Part shown: positions 37,205 to 46,434 of the stretch, piece by piece
How the letters are laid out: the number at the start of each line of letters is the position of its first letter
How positions within the stretch are numbered: the first letter of the stretch is position 1
Origin: Chitinophagales bacterium
GTDB taxonomy: Bacteria; Bacteroidota; Bacteroidia; Chitinophagales; JANQFB01
Length of the DNA: 64,000 bases
Reading direction: 5' to 3'
Assembly (NCBI GenBank): GCA_028278085.1
Contig: JANQFB010000350.1
Span: forward strand, 7,376-71,375
Position numbers and translations under genes: made by a program
Notes under the pieces: generated by a model
Seen by the model: only the letters and a program-made list of their open reading frames with translations
Told to the model about the DNA's origin: nothing
Database searches by the model: none

Positions 37205-38092
37205 TCACTCTCCGGCCAGCAAAACCGCCCAGGCCTCGTTTACTTTTCCTTCTTCCAATAACTGCTTGGCCAATTCATGTAGGTGCTGCTCGTAGGATTC
37301 GGGATCCTGGGAAAAGCGCTCCGCAATCTCTTTGACAGCGGGTAGCTCCCTTTCAATGGCCGTTTTATCGGGTAATTGCTCGACATTGCCCAGTTGGCCG
37401 AGGTTGTTGCCGGTCAATACGGGGCTGAGCCGGATCGAGTCGGGTATTTGATCGACGCCGATGCCAAGGTTGGCAATGGGTTTGGCGACTTCGAACAATG
37501 CCTGCCCGCTGGCCCTGACATACCAATTTGCGCCCAGGCGGCCCACCAGGTCGATCTTATGCTGATCGATCCGGCCTTCTGCATCGAGTACATCTTCACG
37601 GATATGCATCAGCAGGATCTCACTGACGATCAGGTTACCGGCGCCGCCTTCCGTACCGGTTTCGATAACATCGACCACTTTGCATTCCATTTGTACCGGC
37701 GATTCCTTCACCCGGAGGGGCTTAACCCGCTCGGATGCTAATGGAGTAAATCCTGCCTTCACGAATTCATCCACCCCTTTGGGATATTCCGTGCTCGCCA
37801 GTGACATTTGCTGCACCATGGCATAACTCACCACATTGATCACCACTTCCCCATTTTCCCGGACATTTTCCAGCGTATGCTTGATGGTATTATCCCTGAC
37901 CCTCCTGGCCGGTGAAAAAATACAAGTCGGCGGATTAGAACCGAAGGCATTGAAAAAGCTATAGGGTGCCAGGTTCGGCCGGCCCTGGCTGTCGATGGTA
38001 CTGGCAAAAGCAATAGGCCTGGGAGCGATCGCACCCAGCATATAACCGTGTAATTTTGGGGTCGATACTTCTTTAGGGTCGATAGCGATCAT
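37205..38092 (-). CDS. Flavin reductase-like (FMN-binding split-barrel) protein
   Basis: PRPIAFASTIDSQGRPNLAPYSFFNAFGSNPP is the flavin-reductase-domain hallmark. There is a C-terminal helical extension of about 90 aa. Confidence 0.7.
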   Translation of the reverse strand: MIAIDPKEVSTPKLHGYMLGAIAPRPIAFASTIDSQGRPNLAPYSFFNAFGSNPPTCIFSPARRVRDNTIKHTLENVRENGEVVINVVSYAMVQQMSLASTEYPKGVDEFVKAGFTPLASERVKPLRVKESPVQMECKVVDVIETGTEGGAGNLIVSEILLMHIREDVLDAEGRIDQHKIDLVGRLGANWYVRASGQALFEVAKPIANLGIGVDQIPDSIRLSPVLTGNNLGQLGNVEQLPDKTAIERELPAVKEIAERFSQDPESYEQHLHELAKQLLEEGKVNEAWAVLLAGE

Positions 38093-38122
38093 GGCAGCAA
38101 TGATTCTAATGAGGATCTAAGT

Positions 38123-39148
38123 TTATCCGGCCGGCTGGGCATTTTTCTTGAGGGCCAGCACAGAATAATCGGTATCGGCCTTGACCACTGTATTGCTCAA
38201 TTTACCAAGGCCGGTCATTTCCATGTCTACCACATCTCCGGGTTGTATCCATTGCGGTTCGAAATTATCCGGATCCAGGCGCTTGCCCGTGCCATTCAAC
38301 TCCAGGAAACATCCGGTGCCCACAGTTCCGGAACCGATCACATCGCCGGGAAAAATATCCGCTCCATAGGATACCCTTTCGATGATCTCGGCAAAGGTCC
38401 AGTCCATGTCGGCCATCGAACCTTCGGATACCTGCTTGCCATTGATGGTGCAGGTCATTTTCAGGTCATAGGTCCGGCCGGTATGGCCTTCCTTGGGAGC
38501 TACCCGGTATCCTTTCAGCTCATCCGGGGTTACCATCCATGGTCCGATGGTGGTGGCAAAGTCTTTACCCTTGGCAGGCCCTAAATTGAGCCGCATTTCT
38601 TCCATTTGCATGAGCCGGGCGCTCCAGTCGTTCATGATCATATAACCGGCAATATACTCGTCTGCTTCTGCTGCCGTAATATTCCGGCCCTGTTTTCCGA
38701 TCACGATGGCCGCTTCCAGCTCAAAATCCAGTTTGTTAAAATGATCCGGCATAAACGTAACTTCACCTGGTCCGGTAATAGCATTATGGTTGGTGAAATA
38801 AAAGATGGGGAATTGGTCGAATTCCGGGATCATCTCCACGCCCCTGTTCTTTCTGGCAGCGGCAACATGCTGGCGAAAAGCATAGGCATCCCGGCAGGAT
38901 GTCGGAACGGGAACCGGCGCCAACAATTCCACCTGATCCATGGGAATGCCCTTGGCTTCATCGATCACGCCTGATTTGATCCGTTGATCGTAGTCTTTAG
39001 CCATAGCCATAACATCGGCGCCCATCCAAAGGAAGATATCCATGGAATCGGGAAGATTTTCATCGAGCGTATCCATGGGATAGATCTTATCCCCAACCAG
39101 GATGGCCAATCGATCATCTTCTTCGCTTAAATAAGATACAAGTTTCAT
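38123..39148 (-). CDS. Fumarylacetoacetate hydrolase (FAH) family protein
   Basis: 341 aa. Motifs: FELEAAIVIGKQGRNI, MIMNDWSAR and PGDVIGSGTVGTGCFLELNG. Confidence 0.8.
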   Translation of the reverse strand: MKLVSYLSEEDDRLAILVGDKIYPMDTLDENLPDSMDIFLWMGADVMAMAKDYDQRIKSGVIDEAKGIPMDQVELLAPVPVPTSCRDAYAFRQHVAAARKNRGVEMIPEFDQFPIFYFTNHNAITGPGEVTFMPDHFNKLDFELEAAIVIGKQGRNITAAEADEYIAGYMIMNDWSARLMQMEEMRLNLGPAKGKDFATTIGPWMVTPDELKGYRVAPKEGHTGRTYDLKMTCTINGKQVSEGSMADMDWTFAEIIERVSYGADIFPGDVIGSGTVGTGCFLELNGTGKRLDPDNFEPQWIQPGDVVDMEMTGLGKLSNTVVKADTDYSVLALKKNAQPAG

Positions 39149-39386
39149 GCGGGTATGTTTTGAGCAGTTGTAAAGGTTTCTTCATCCACCGTTCCACCCT
39201 TCGGTTAGTTCGGGGTCGAACAGCTTTCATTATCCATCGTAAAGATAGCCAGAAAATATGATTCCAATTATTCCTTGAAATCTCGGGCAATCCCTATACG
39301 AATAAATAATAAGAATTCAGTAACCTAACTCTTTAACATGTCAGGTTTAGGGCTGGCATCAACTTGGCAGCCCAAAAAAGCGAAGA

Positions 39387-40307
39387 TCATTGGACCGCGA
39401 ACTTGCCGGACTGGAAGATTTCACCGTTGCTAACGATATGATAAAAATAGTAACCTGGAGCAAGTCCGTCTGTTTCAAACCTGTTAATACCAATCTGTAT
39501 GTTTCTAATCTGACTCACCTTTCTCCCTAAAGCATCAAATGTGATGAAGGAATAAGGGTATTTAGACCGTTTCAATCCAGACATATCGAGAACATACCAA
39601 TCGTTTGCAGGATTCGGATAAATGCTAAATTTTGCAGTTGCCGTTATTGTTGGCAGAGCGGTAATTGGAGCGTTGTCACACATGGTTTCATAACCTGGAT
39701 AGGAGTTGGCAATGTTATATAATAAGGTGTCCTCTTCCCAAAAGCACAACAAAAAATGATCATTATCGAAACTTGATTCTGCAGGATAAAACAATCCATT
39801 CAATGAGCCTATTCCTTCAACCCAAATATCTTTGATCCCGCCAAGGCTATTGACTACCCATCTTTTCCGATATGTATTGTATATAAATATTGAATCTATC
39901 GAGTCTACCACAACTTTTGCAGGCATTAAATTTTGAGCAAGACCCATATAACAAAACGTAGTTATGGTGTCGTTTCGTTTAGCAGTGAAATCATAAAGTA
40001 CTTGTTCGTTCGCTGAGTCCGGAATAGAAATATACCACTTCTGCCCATCATCACGTATAGGTGGCATTTGCTTGATATCATATATCATGGAATCGGTAAA
40101 CCGAAAATGTTGTATTTTCTTATAGGTTTTAGACTTGATTAATGTATCACCAGTTATACAGAATTTCTCAAAAGTTATAGGCCCTCCAAAACCCACATAC
40201 CCAACGGTCCATACAGCATTATCAACCGGAAAAGTTGTTCCGGTTTGTGCGAAAAGAAAATTGGCGAAAAGCCAAGCTAATACAACCATGCTGCGTTTTA
40301 GAAACAT
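39387..40307 (-). CDS. Hypothetical secreted protein with a T9SS sorting domain
   Basis: 306 aa with a signal peptide. The C-terminus is FSIYPNPANDWYVLDMS...GYYFYHIVSNGEIFQSGKFAVQ. Confidence 0.65.
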   Translation of the reverse strand: MFLKRSMVVLAWLFANFLFAQTGTTFPVDNAVWTVGYVGFGGPITFEKFCITGDTLIKSKTYKKIQHFRFTDSMIYDIKQMPPIRDDGQKWYISIPDSANEQVLYDFTAKRNDTITTFCYMGLAQNLMPAKVVVDSIDSIFIYNTYRKRWVVNSLGGIKDIWVEGIGSLNGLFYPAESSFDNDHFLLCFWEEDTLLYNIANSYPGYETMCDNAPITALPTITATAKFSIYPNPANDWYVLDMSGLKRSKYPYSFITFDALGRKVSQIRNIQIGINRFETDGLAPGYYFYHIVSNGEIFQSGKFAVQ

Positions 40308-40346
40308 GACCTATTGTACTTTCTTGAAAAAGTTTCAAAATGGGCT

Positions 40347-41831
40347 CTAATAAAAGAAGAGTTTACCCGTTCCGAAAAGATTTTGATTGATAAATATACG
40401 ATAAATATATAACCCTGACTCAAGGTTCCCTTTATTTAGCATAACATCCCATCCATAATCTGTTCTTTTAAGCTTAGTCGTAAGGTGTACTTCTTTTCCG
40501 GAAAGAGCATAGTAGGAACATATAATATCATCCTCTGTTACAGTCTTTAAGCGTATGGAAATTGTAGCTATGCTATTGGTTGGATTGGGAAATGCAGTAA
40601 TTTTATTAGCAAAAGTGGGGGATAGACGATTAATATTTGTTTTGTAGGTACAATCAGGTGATTCACATCCCATGCTATCCACCTTAATCAGCCACATATT
40701 TTGCGTGTTTTGCCATGCGCTGCCACCCATGATCATACCCTGGTCGGGAGTGGGTTGAATTGTTCTAATATAATTATTTTTATCTGTTCGAGTATAATAT
40801 GTTCGAGACCAAAGACTATCGCCATTAGCACTAATTTTCATAAGCCAGCCTAGCGGGCTATTGCTATCCTGGTTGAAACTATTTGATTCACCGGACACCC
40901 ATATATTACCGTCGGGCCCGTCAAAAGCGGCTTCGAACCAGTCATTATTTTTTCCGCCAAAAGTTTTCTCCCAAATAATTGCGTTTCCACTCAAACTTAT
41001 CTTTGCCATATATCCTTCATCACCCCGGCCGTCCACAGAACTTTTAATCCCACAAACAATATAACCATCTTTCGATGGAAATCCAAAACCGCCATAGCTG
41101 CCGTTCATCGGGAGTACTTTATCCCATTGCTTATTACCGAGGCTGTCTGTTTTAATGATATATATTCCTTCCTCTCCAAAACTATTGGTATAACCACAGA
41201 TAAAATAGCCTTTGTCTGAAGTTTGCTCCACACTAATACCGACTTCATCACCAATTCCTCCATATGTTTTTGAGAATTCCAATTGTCCGTTATGATCCGT
41301 TTTAACAAGATATATATTACCATTAGGGTCACCAAAGCTGGTGGTAAAACCGATAAGTACAAATCCATGATCAAAAGTTTGGCGGCATCGGTAGGCAACA
41401 TCTTGACCACTACCTCCAAACGATTTTGTCCAAAGGGTATCTCCATTTGGTTTAAATTTGACCAGCCAGCAATCATCATCTCCATTGGGATATGTAATAC
41501 TTCCTCCCATAGCATAATTACCATCTGTAGTGCGGACAAAACCATTATCTATACTCGACCAGTATTTATGATCGGGCTTTCCATAGTATTTCAGCCAGCT
41601 AGTATCTCCTTGAGCATTGAGCTGTGATATAAAAATCCCATCTACATCAAAATAGTCTGCCGTATTACCGACCACAACATACGCTGTATCGGACAATACT
41701 AAAATGGAAGAGGCCCATAAGGTTGCGCCGTCATTATCATATGACCTGTTAAAATATGTCGGTTGTGCCCAGGTCGAAAGATCTAGCATCAATAACAATC
41801 CAATCCATATGGTCATCTTATAATCGCTCAT
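40347..41831 (-). CDS. Secreted propeller-like repeat protein with a T9SS sorting domain
   Basis: 494 aa. The repeats T.DGnYamGGs / TFDHGFVLIGFT / TSDKGYFICGYT resemble the N-terminus of 15711..18617. The C-terminus is AFPNPTNSIATISI...GLYIYRIFINQNLFGTGKLFFY. Confidence 0.7.
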   Translation of the reverse strand: MSDYKMTIWIGLLLMLDLSTWAQPTYFNRSYDNDGATLWASSILVLSDTAYVVVGNTADYFDVDGIFISQLNAQGDTSWLKYYGKPDHKYWSSIDNGFVRTTDGNYAMGGSITYPNGDDDCWLVKFKPNGDTLWTKSFGGSGQDVAYRCRQTFDHGFVLIGFTTSFGDPNGNIYLVKTDHNGQLEFSKTYGGIGDEVGISVEQTSDKGYFICGYTNSFGEEGIYIIKTDSLGNKQWDKVLPMNGSYGGFGFPSKDGYIVCGIKSSVDGRGDEGYMAKISLSGNAIIWEKTFGGKNNDWFEAAFDGPDGNIWVSGESNSFNQDSNSPLGWLMKISANGDSLWSRTYYTRTDKNNYIRTIQPTPDQGMIMGGSAWQNTQNMWLIKVDSMGCESPDCTYKTNINRLSPTFANKITAFPNPTNSIATISIRLKTVTEDDIICSYYALSGKEVHLTTKLKRTDYGWDVMLNKGNLESGLYIYRIFINQNLFGTGKLFFY

Positions 41832-41840
41832 ATCAGTTGA

Positions 41841-44800
41841 TTACTTAATTACAGTAAGTTTACCTTGATCTTCAATTACATTGTTGATGCTCAACTGGTA
41901 AAAATACAAACCGTTATTTATATGACTAATATTTATGTAAACTTTTTTAGTGGTTGGGGCTATTCTATGCTCACCGATTTTTCGACCCATAACGTCGTAT
42001 AGGGTAAACATTACCGTTTGGTTTCTATTTAGCAAATGAGATTCAATGATAATCAATTCCTTTGCTGGGTTAGGAAATACCTTAAAATTTATCTGTTTTG
42101 GTGTAAATGTCTCTTCAGATTCCTCGTTTTCTACTACTTTTTGGGTCTCTGGCCATTGATCCGGGTTGCGGTTATATTGTGCATTAGTATTCATGGCGAT
42201 TAAGGTTTGTGCCTGAACAGCAACAGACGTTTCCGAGGCAGCTACCTCCCGGATTATTTTCATTTCATTCTCTCCTAACTGATGCAATACTCCCCCTTGC
42301 TCACAAAAGTTAACCAAAACACTGAACAGGTTTTGAAAATGAGTATTTTCAATTGTATTGGCTGGAATTTTTAAGAGCGTCTGACGACATTCGCCAAATT
42401 GTTTTTCGTTCAAAAAGGTAGGTACCAGCACTTTATTAGCAGCCTCTGTATTCATTTGTTGCAATATATTGATAGCCGCTTTTATATCACGGTTTTCTAT
42501 ATGAGCCTGAACCAAACTGTTTAGTAACCGTCTTTTACCCACAGGATCTTTTATTTTATCAAGTAGGGCTTGTAAATACCCTATTTTTTTCTTCCCTTTG
42601 GCTAAGGAAAGTAGAGATTTGCAATCACTGTCCTTTTTAAATATCCCACAATCGGTTAGAAGAACATTAGCGGTAACACATGTAGGCTTTACTGTAGGAT
42701 AATATATATCGTTTGAATGGTGATGGTAATTAAATGCCACTGACGATAAAATTTGGTTATTAGCCTTACACCCGCTATGAAAATCATTTCCGGCTGGATT
42801 CTCCTGACCTACTGTGGTGCAATTTCCCTGTTCCTCCAAGGTTCCGGATGGTACCAACCAATCAATTGTGTTATTTTCATAAAAATTACATCCAATCTGA
42901 AGTTGATCGTTGTTTTCCTCTGCCTGCGTACCCACCCAAGGAATGCCAGTGAAAGTGTTCTTATATATGCGGCTGTCAATCCCGAAGGCATTCCTGCTGA
43001 TAGCGCCGATGACTAGCCCTTTTCCCTTGGCTTTAAAGGCATTTTCAGAAATGAGAAAGCCTGGTGCATCATACATATATACACCATACGGATTGTTAGC
43101 AAGCGCCAATAAGCTAGCCGCAATAGAGTTGCCATCTACAGTTACATCCGAAATAACAAAGGAATTGTTGATTACCTCGCAATATACATTTCCGTTTATA
43201 GTAATGCCACGGGTTACATCCACAAATTCATTACCCTCGATCACCACTGAATTATTGATGCCGCCTATGGTATATATATCGATGCCTTTTGATAAACCTT
43301 CAAAGTAGTTAGGTTTAATTAAGCCAAACGATGATGGATTTAACAAATTAGTAAACCAATAAAAGCCCTTCACATCAAACGAAAACTCAGACATATACGC
43401 CCTGATTCCGGTACCCCTTTGGTTGAGTTTTATGGGGCCTATATCCGGTTCTACAATATCAAATGATCCGCCAGTATTGGTAAAGTCATTAGCAACAAAG
43501 TTAAGCGCATGCCCTCCATTTATTACAACAAATGCATCGTGGCCTTCATTGTCGTACTTTTCATCTCTTAACGGTTGGGTATTACTGAAAGAATTGAATG
43601 AAACAAAACTTTTGTTGTCAAATTCATATGGTTCAAATACCATTCCATAACGATTGTTCCTTAGTGTTGTACCTCCAACCAAAACCATCCCCCCACCTTC
43701 ACTACCGTCCGGCTTGCCAGAACGAACACCTACATGGGCATGCTCAATGACAGCGTTTTGCACGGATACAAGCAAGCCATGTGGATTATTTGTTAAGTTA
43801 GATGGATGTGGCTGATTTGGATTGCCTAACACAATAATGCCTTCCCACATAGAATTGCAACTGTTTAAACCGGTTAAGACAGCTCCGTTGTTTAATGTAA
43901 GCCTGCCTCCTTGCTTTATTATGATTGCTGATTGCGGCTCCATTTCCACAGTAGCTCCATCGATGATCATTTCCGCATCATTTTCAATATAAATGTTCCC
44001 ATTAACGATCTGGTCGGTATTTATAGTTTGAATTGAGCCCGTAGTGACGACTACTCCGGCTGGAATAGAAGTAACTGCTTCATATACGCCAACAGCATCC
44101 CAGGCTTGCTTTACGGCAAATACTTCATTGGAACAAACGCCGTAAAGATCTTCAGCAGCTAGAATGGATTTTTCTCGAGCATCCAAAAAACCGGATGTAG
44201 GCCCTAAATAAACAGTAAGAGGCCGAAATGCTATTTGAGCTGCTTTTGTCTTACCAATCGGTTTAACAAAATAATGATCGCCACGCTCATTTATGCCGCA
44301 CCCACCCTCAGACAAAAGGTAAAACCAATAGTTTTGAACGCCACCCCTTTCATGTGGACCACTTGTAGCATAATAATTCGTACTGTTGTAAGTATCAGGA
44401 TGATTTTTTGACATTGGATCAGCTAAACTCCTGGCATAACCATCATCCAATAATTCCCAGAAATCCTCGCCTTGCAGCCAGTCTCCAGATTTATTAGGAT
44501 CATATAGGTTTTCGGCATAAAATTCAACCATTGTACCGAAAATGTCACTAAAGGATTCTGCCAGAATAAGGGATTGGGAACCTGGTGTATTTTCCAGACC
44601 AGCCGAATAATATGATACACCATGCGACCATTCATGCCCAACAACGTCTATTGATACAAACCAGTCACCTGTCCACGAAGTTAAGCCTGTTCCAAAATGA
44701 GCGACATCAGTTCCTCCTAAACCAGAAGGGCCAATATGCCAACTAGCCCTATCGGTATAACCGACATGAGAACGCATTTCACTACCATTCCCGTCATAAC

Positions 44801-45665
44801 TATTCAACCCGAATGCATTGAGAAAATAATCATAAGTTACTGCTGTTGCCCAATGCACACTGGTAGATATATTATGTTCATATGGTCCATAATAGTTAAG
44901 TGAAGTCTGATCACTACAATTCCAATCGTTATCACTATCATATAAGTCAAAATAAGTACCATTGCCATCCCACGACTCGGTAACAATGCCGTATCCTCTT
45001 GTATTATCGACAAGTTTATACCCTGATCCGTTAACATATTCTGTTTCAATGCTCACCGGGTCATAATTATAACGTGTACAGGCAGATCCTGAGGCATGGA
45101 AAAAGCGGGGGTTAATTTTAAGAATGTTAGCAGTTTTGGCATTGACATATACGTCGTAAGCACTAAAGGGATCGCTGGCATAAACCTCAACCCAGTAGGC
45201 TAACACGAAGTTGGTCGGACTAAAATCGGGATCGGCAGTTAATCTTGCAATCAACAATTCGGTATGTGGATAATAAGTTGCCTGATCATTGCCCGCCATT
45301 TCTTTTAGGGCTTGTTCCAGCATTGGGTCTTCCCAGGAATATTTGGATGCATTAACCGCTGAGAGTGCATGGGCAATGGCTTCTTCCGCAGTAATATTTA
45401 CACTTACCTCTAGGGTAAGGCCTTGAACCGTTTGCCCATTCGCGCTAACAGGCTTGCCATTTTTTGCATGAACAATGAAGATAGCCGACTCTACTGGCAA
45501 CCCGCGGTAATACTGCTGAAACCTGTAATGGGTAAAGCCTAATTGGTCTGTTGTCGTCCGATAATTGGTTAAAGCATCATCATCTCCAAGACTAAATGCT
45601 GTGCGATGGGCTTCAAATAGGCTTAACGGGTCTGCCTGAAAATTTTCTTTGAAAAAAATATTCAT
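41841..45665 (-). CDS. Thermolysin-like (M4) metalloprotease fused to a beta-helix-like region and a T9SS sorting domain
   Basis: 1274 aa. It has a propeptide-like GFTHYRFQQYYRGLPV, the zinc site VVGHEWSHGV plus ESFSDIFG, a long parallel-beta-helix-like middle, and the C-terminus VFPNPAKELIIIES...GLYFYQLSINNVIEDQGKLTVIK. There is no signal peptide at the annotated start. Confidence 0.85.
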   Translation of the reverse strand: MNIFFKENFQADPLSLFEAHRTAFSLGDDDALTNYRTTTDQLGFTHYRFQQYYRGLPVESAIFIVHAKNGKPVSANGQTVQGLTLEVSVNITAEEAIAHALSAVNASKYSWEDPMLEQALKEMAGNDQATYYPHTELLIARLTADPDFSPTNFVLAYWVEVYASDPFSAYDVYVNAKTANILKINPRFFHASGSACTRYNYDPVSIETEYVNGSGYKLVDNTRGYGIVTESWDGNGTYFDLYDSDNDWNCSDQTSLNYYGPYEHNISTSVHWATAVTYDYFLNAFGLNSYDGNGSEMRSHVGYTDRASWHIGPSGLGGTDVAHFGTGLTSWTGDWFVSIDVVGHEWSHGVSYYSAGLENTPGSQSLILAESFSDIFGTMVEFYAENLYDPNKSGDWLQGEDFWELLDDGYARSLADPMSKNHPDTYNSTNYYATSGPHERGGVQNYWFYLLSEGGCGINERGDHYFVKPIGKTKAAQIAFRPLTVYLGPTSGFLDAREKSILAAEDLYGVCSNEVFAVKQAWDAVGVYEAVTSIPAGVVVTTGSIQTINTDQIVNGNIYIENDAEMIIDGATVEMEPQSAIIIKQGGRLTLNNGAVLTGLNSCNSMWEGIIVLGNPNQPHPSNLTNNPHGLLVSVQNAVIEHAHVGVRSGKPDGSEGGGMVLVGGTTLRNNRYGMVFEPYEFDNKSFVSFNSFSNTQPLRDEKYDNEGHDAFVVINGGHALNFVANDFTNTGGSFDIVEPDIGPIKLNQRGTGIRAYMSEFSFDVKGFYWFTNLLNPSSFGLIKPNYFEGLSKGIDIYTIGGINNSVVIEGNEFVDVTRGITINGNVYCEVINNSFVISDVTVDGNSIAASLLALANNPYGVYMYDAPGFLISENAFKAKGKGLVIGAISRNAFGIDSRIYKNTFTGIPWVGTQAEENNDQLQIGCNFYENNTIDWLVPSGTLEEQGNCTTVGQENPAGNDFHSGCKANNQILSSVAFNYHHHSNDIYYPTVKPTCVTANVLLTDCGIFKKDSDCKSLLSLAKGKKKIGYLQALLDKIKDPVGKRRLLNSLVQAHIENRDIKAAINILQQMNTEAANKVLVPTFLNEKQFGECRQTLLKIPANTIENTHFQNLFSVLVNFCEQGGVLHQLGENEMKIIREVAASETSVAVQAQTLIAMNTNAQYNRNPDQWPETQKVVENEESEETFTPKQINFKVFPNPAKELIIIESHLLNRNQTVMFTLYDVMGRKIGEHRIAPTTKKVYINISHINNGLYFYQLSINNVIEDQGKLTVIK

Positions 45666-45828
45666 AAATATACATAATAATATTTAAAAAGACAAATATA
45701 GATAATATCGAATTATTATTAATCATGACGGAAACTTCATTCATACGCTTATGCAAAATTCCTGTATATTTGATAATACCCGATAACCGATGAAGCAACT
45801 ATCAATCTTATCCCAAATCCATATGAAT

Positions 45829-46281
45829 ATGGCAAAACTGTATAAACTCAGGCTGTTTTTATTATGGTTCACCCTGGCATTTTTCGGGTCAACCTCCTGC
45901 AATTCCCAGAAACATACCCCGGAAACCTATGAGAAAAGGCAGATCACCATCGGCAGCGGCGGTGGTTTTACCGGTTTTGTGACCGCTTATACCTTCCTCG
46001 AGAATGGCCAGGTCTTCAAAATGGAAAGCCAGAAGAAGACCTACGAGGCGCTTGAAAAAGCACCGAAGAAGGAGATCAAAAATGCCTTAAAAAAACTCGA
46101 TTCCATCAACATCAAACATTCGGAATTCAAGCATCCCGGTAATATGTATAAATTCATCGAACTCAAAGAAGATGATCAGTCCTACCGGATCACCTGGGGC
46201 GATAATAAGCACCCGGTACCCCCGGATGTGCAAACGCTTTACGATCATTTGATGACATTGGTACAACCATCGAAAGAATAA
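45829..46281 (+). CDS. Small lipoprotein lying between the two M4 protease genes
   Basis: The ORF is open from 45790. ATG at 45829 gives MAKLYKLRLFLLWFTLAFFGSTSCNSQ (lipobox). I recognise no family. Confidence 0.5.
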   Translation: MAKLYKLRLFLLWFTLAFFGSTSCNSQKHTPETYEKRQITIGSGGGFTGFVTAYTFLENGQVFKMESQKKTYEALEKAPKKEIKNALKKLDSINIKHSEFKHPGNMYKFIELKEDDQSYRITWGDNKHPVPPDVQTLYDHLMTLVQPSKE

Positions 46282-46434
46282 AGATATCGGCAACGGGAGC
46301 AAATGCGGATCCCGGAAATATAAAACCCCCGAAACCGGAATATGAAACAATGGATGAATACCTGGCGGCAATGGAGCCTGGTTTTTTGCAGAAAAGCTCA
46401 ATCCGTCCGGTAGTAAACCAAAAAATTTCGAGCT

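Noticed and set aside
39341-39370. The hairpin GGGCTGGCATCAACTTGGCAGCCC followed by A6, considered as a terminator for gene 39387..40307
   Set aside because: On the coding (minus) strand the T-run precedes rather than follows the stem, and the stem is only about 6 bp with mismatches. It shares a CAAC/TTGG core with the attC-like boxes, but that is too weak to count as another site.
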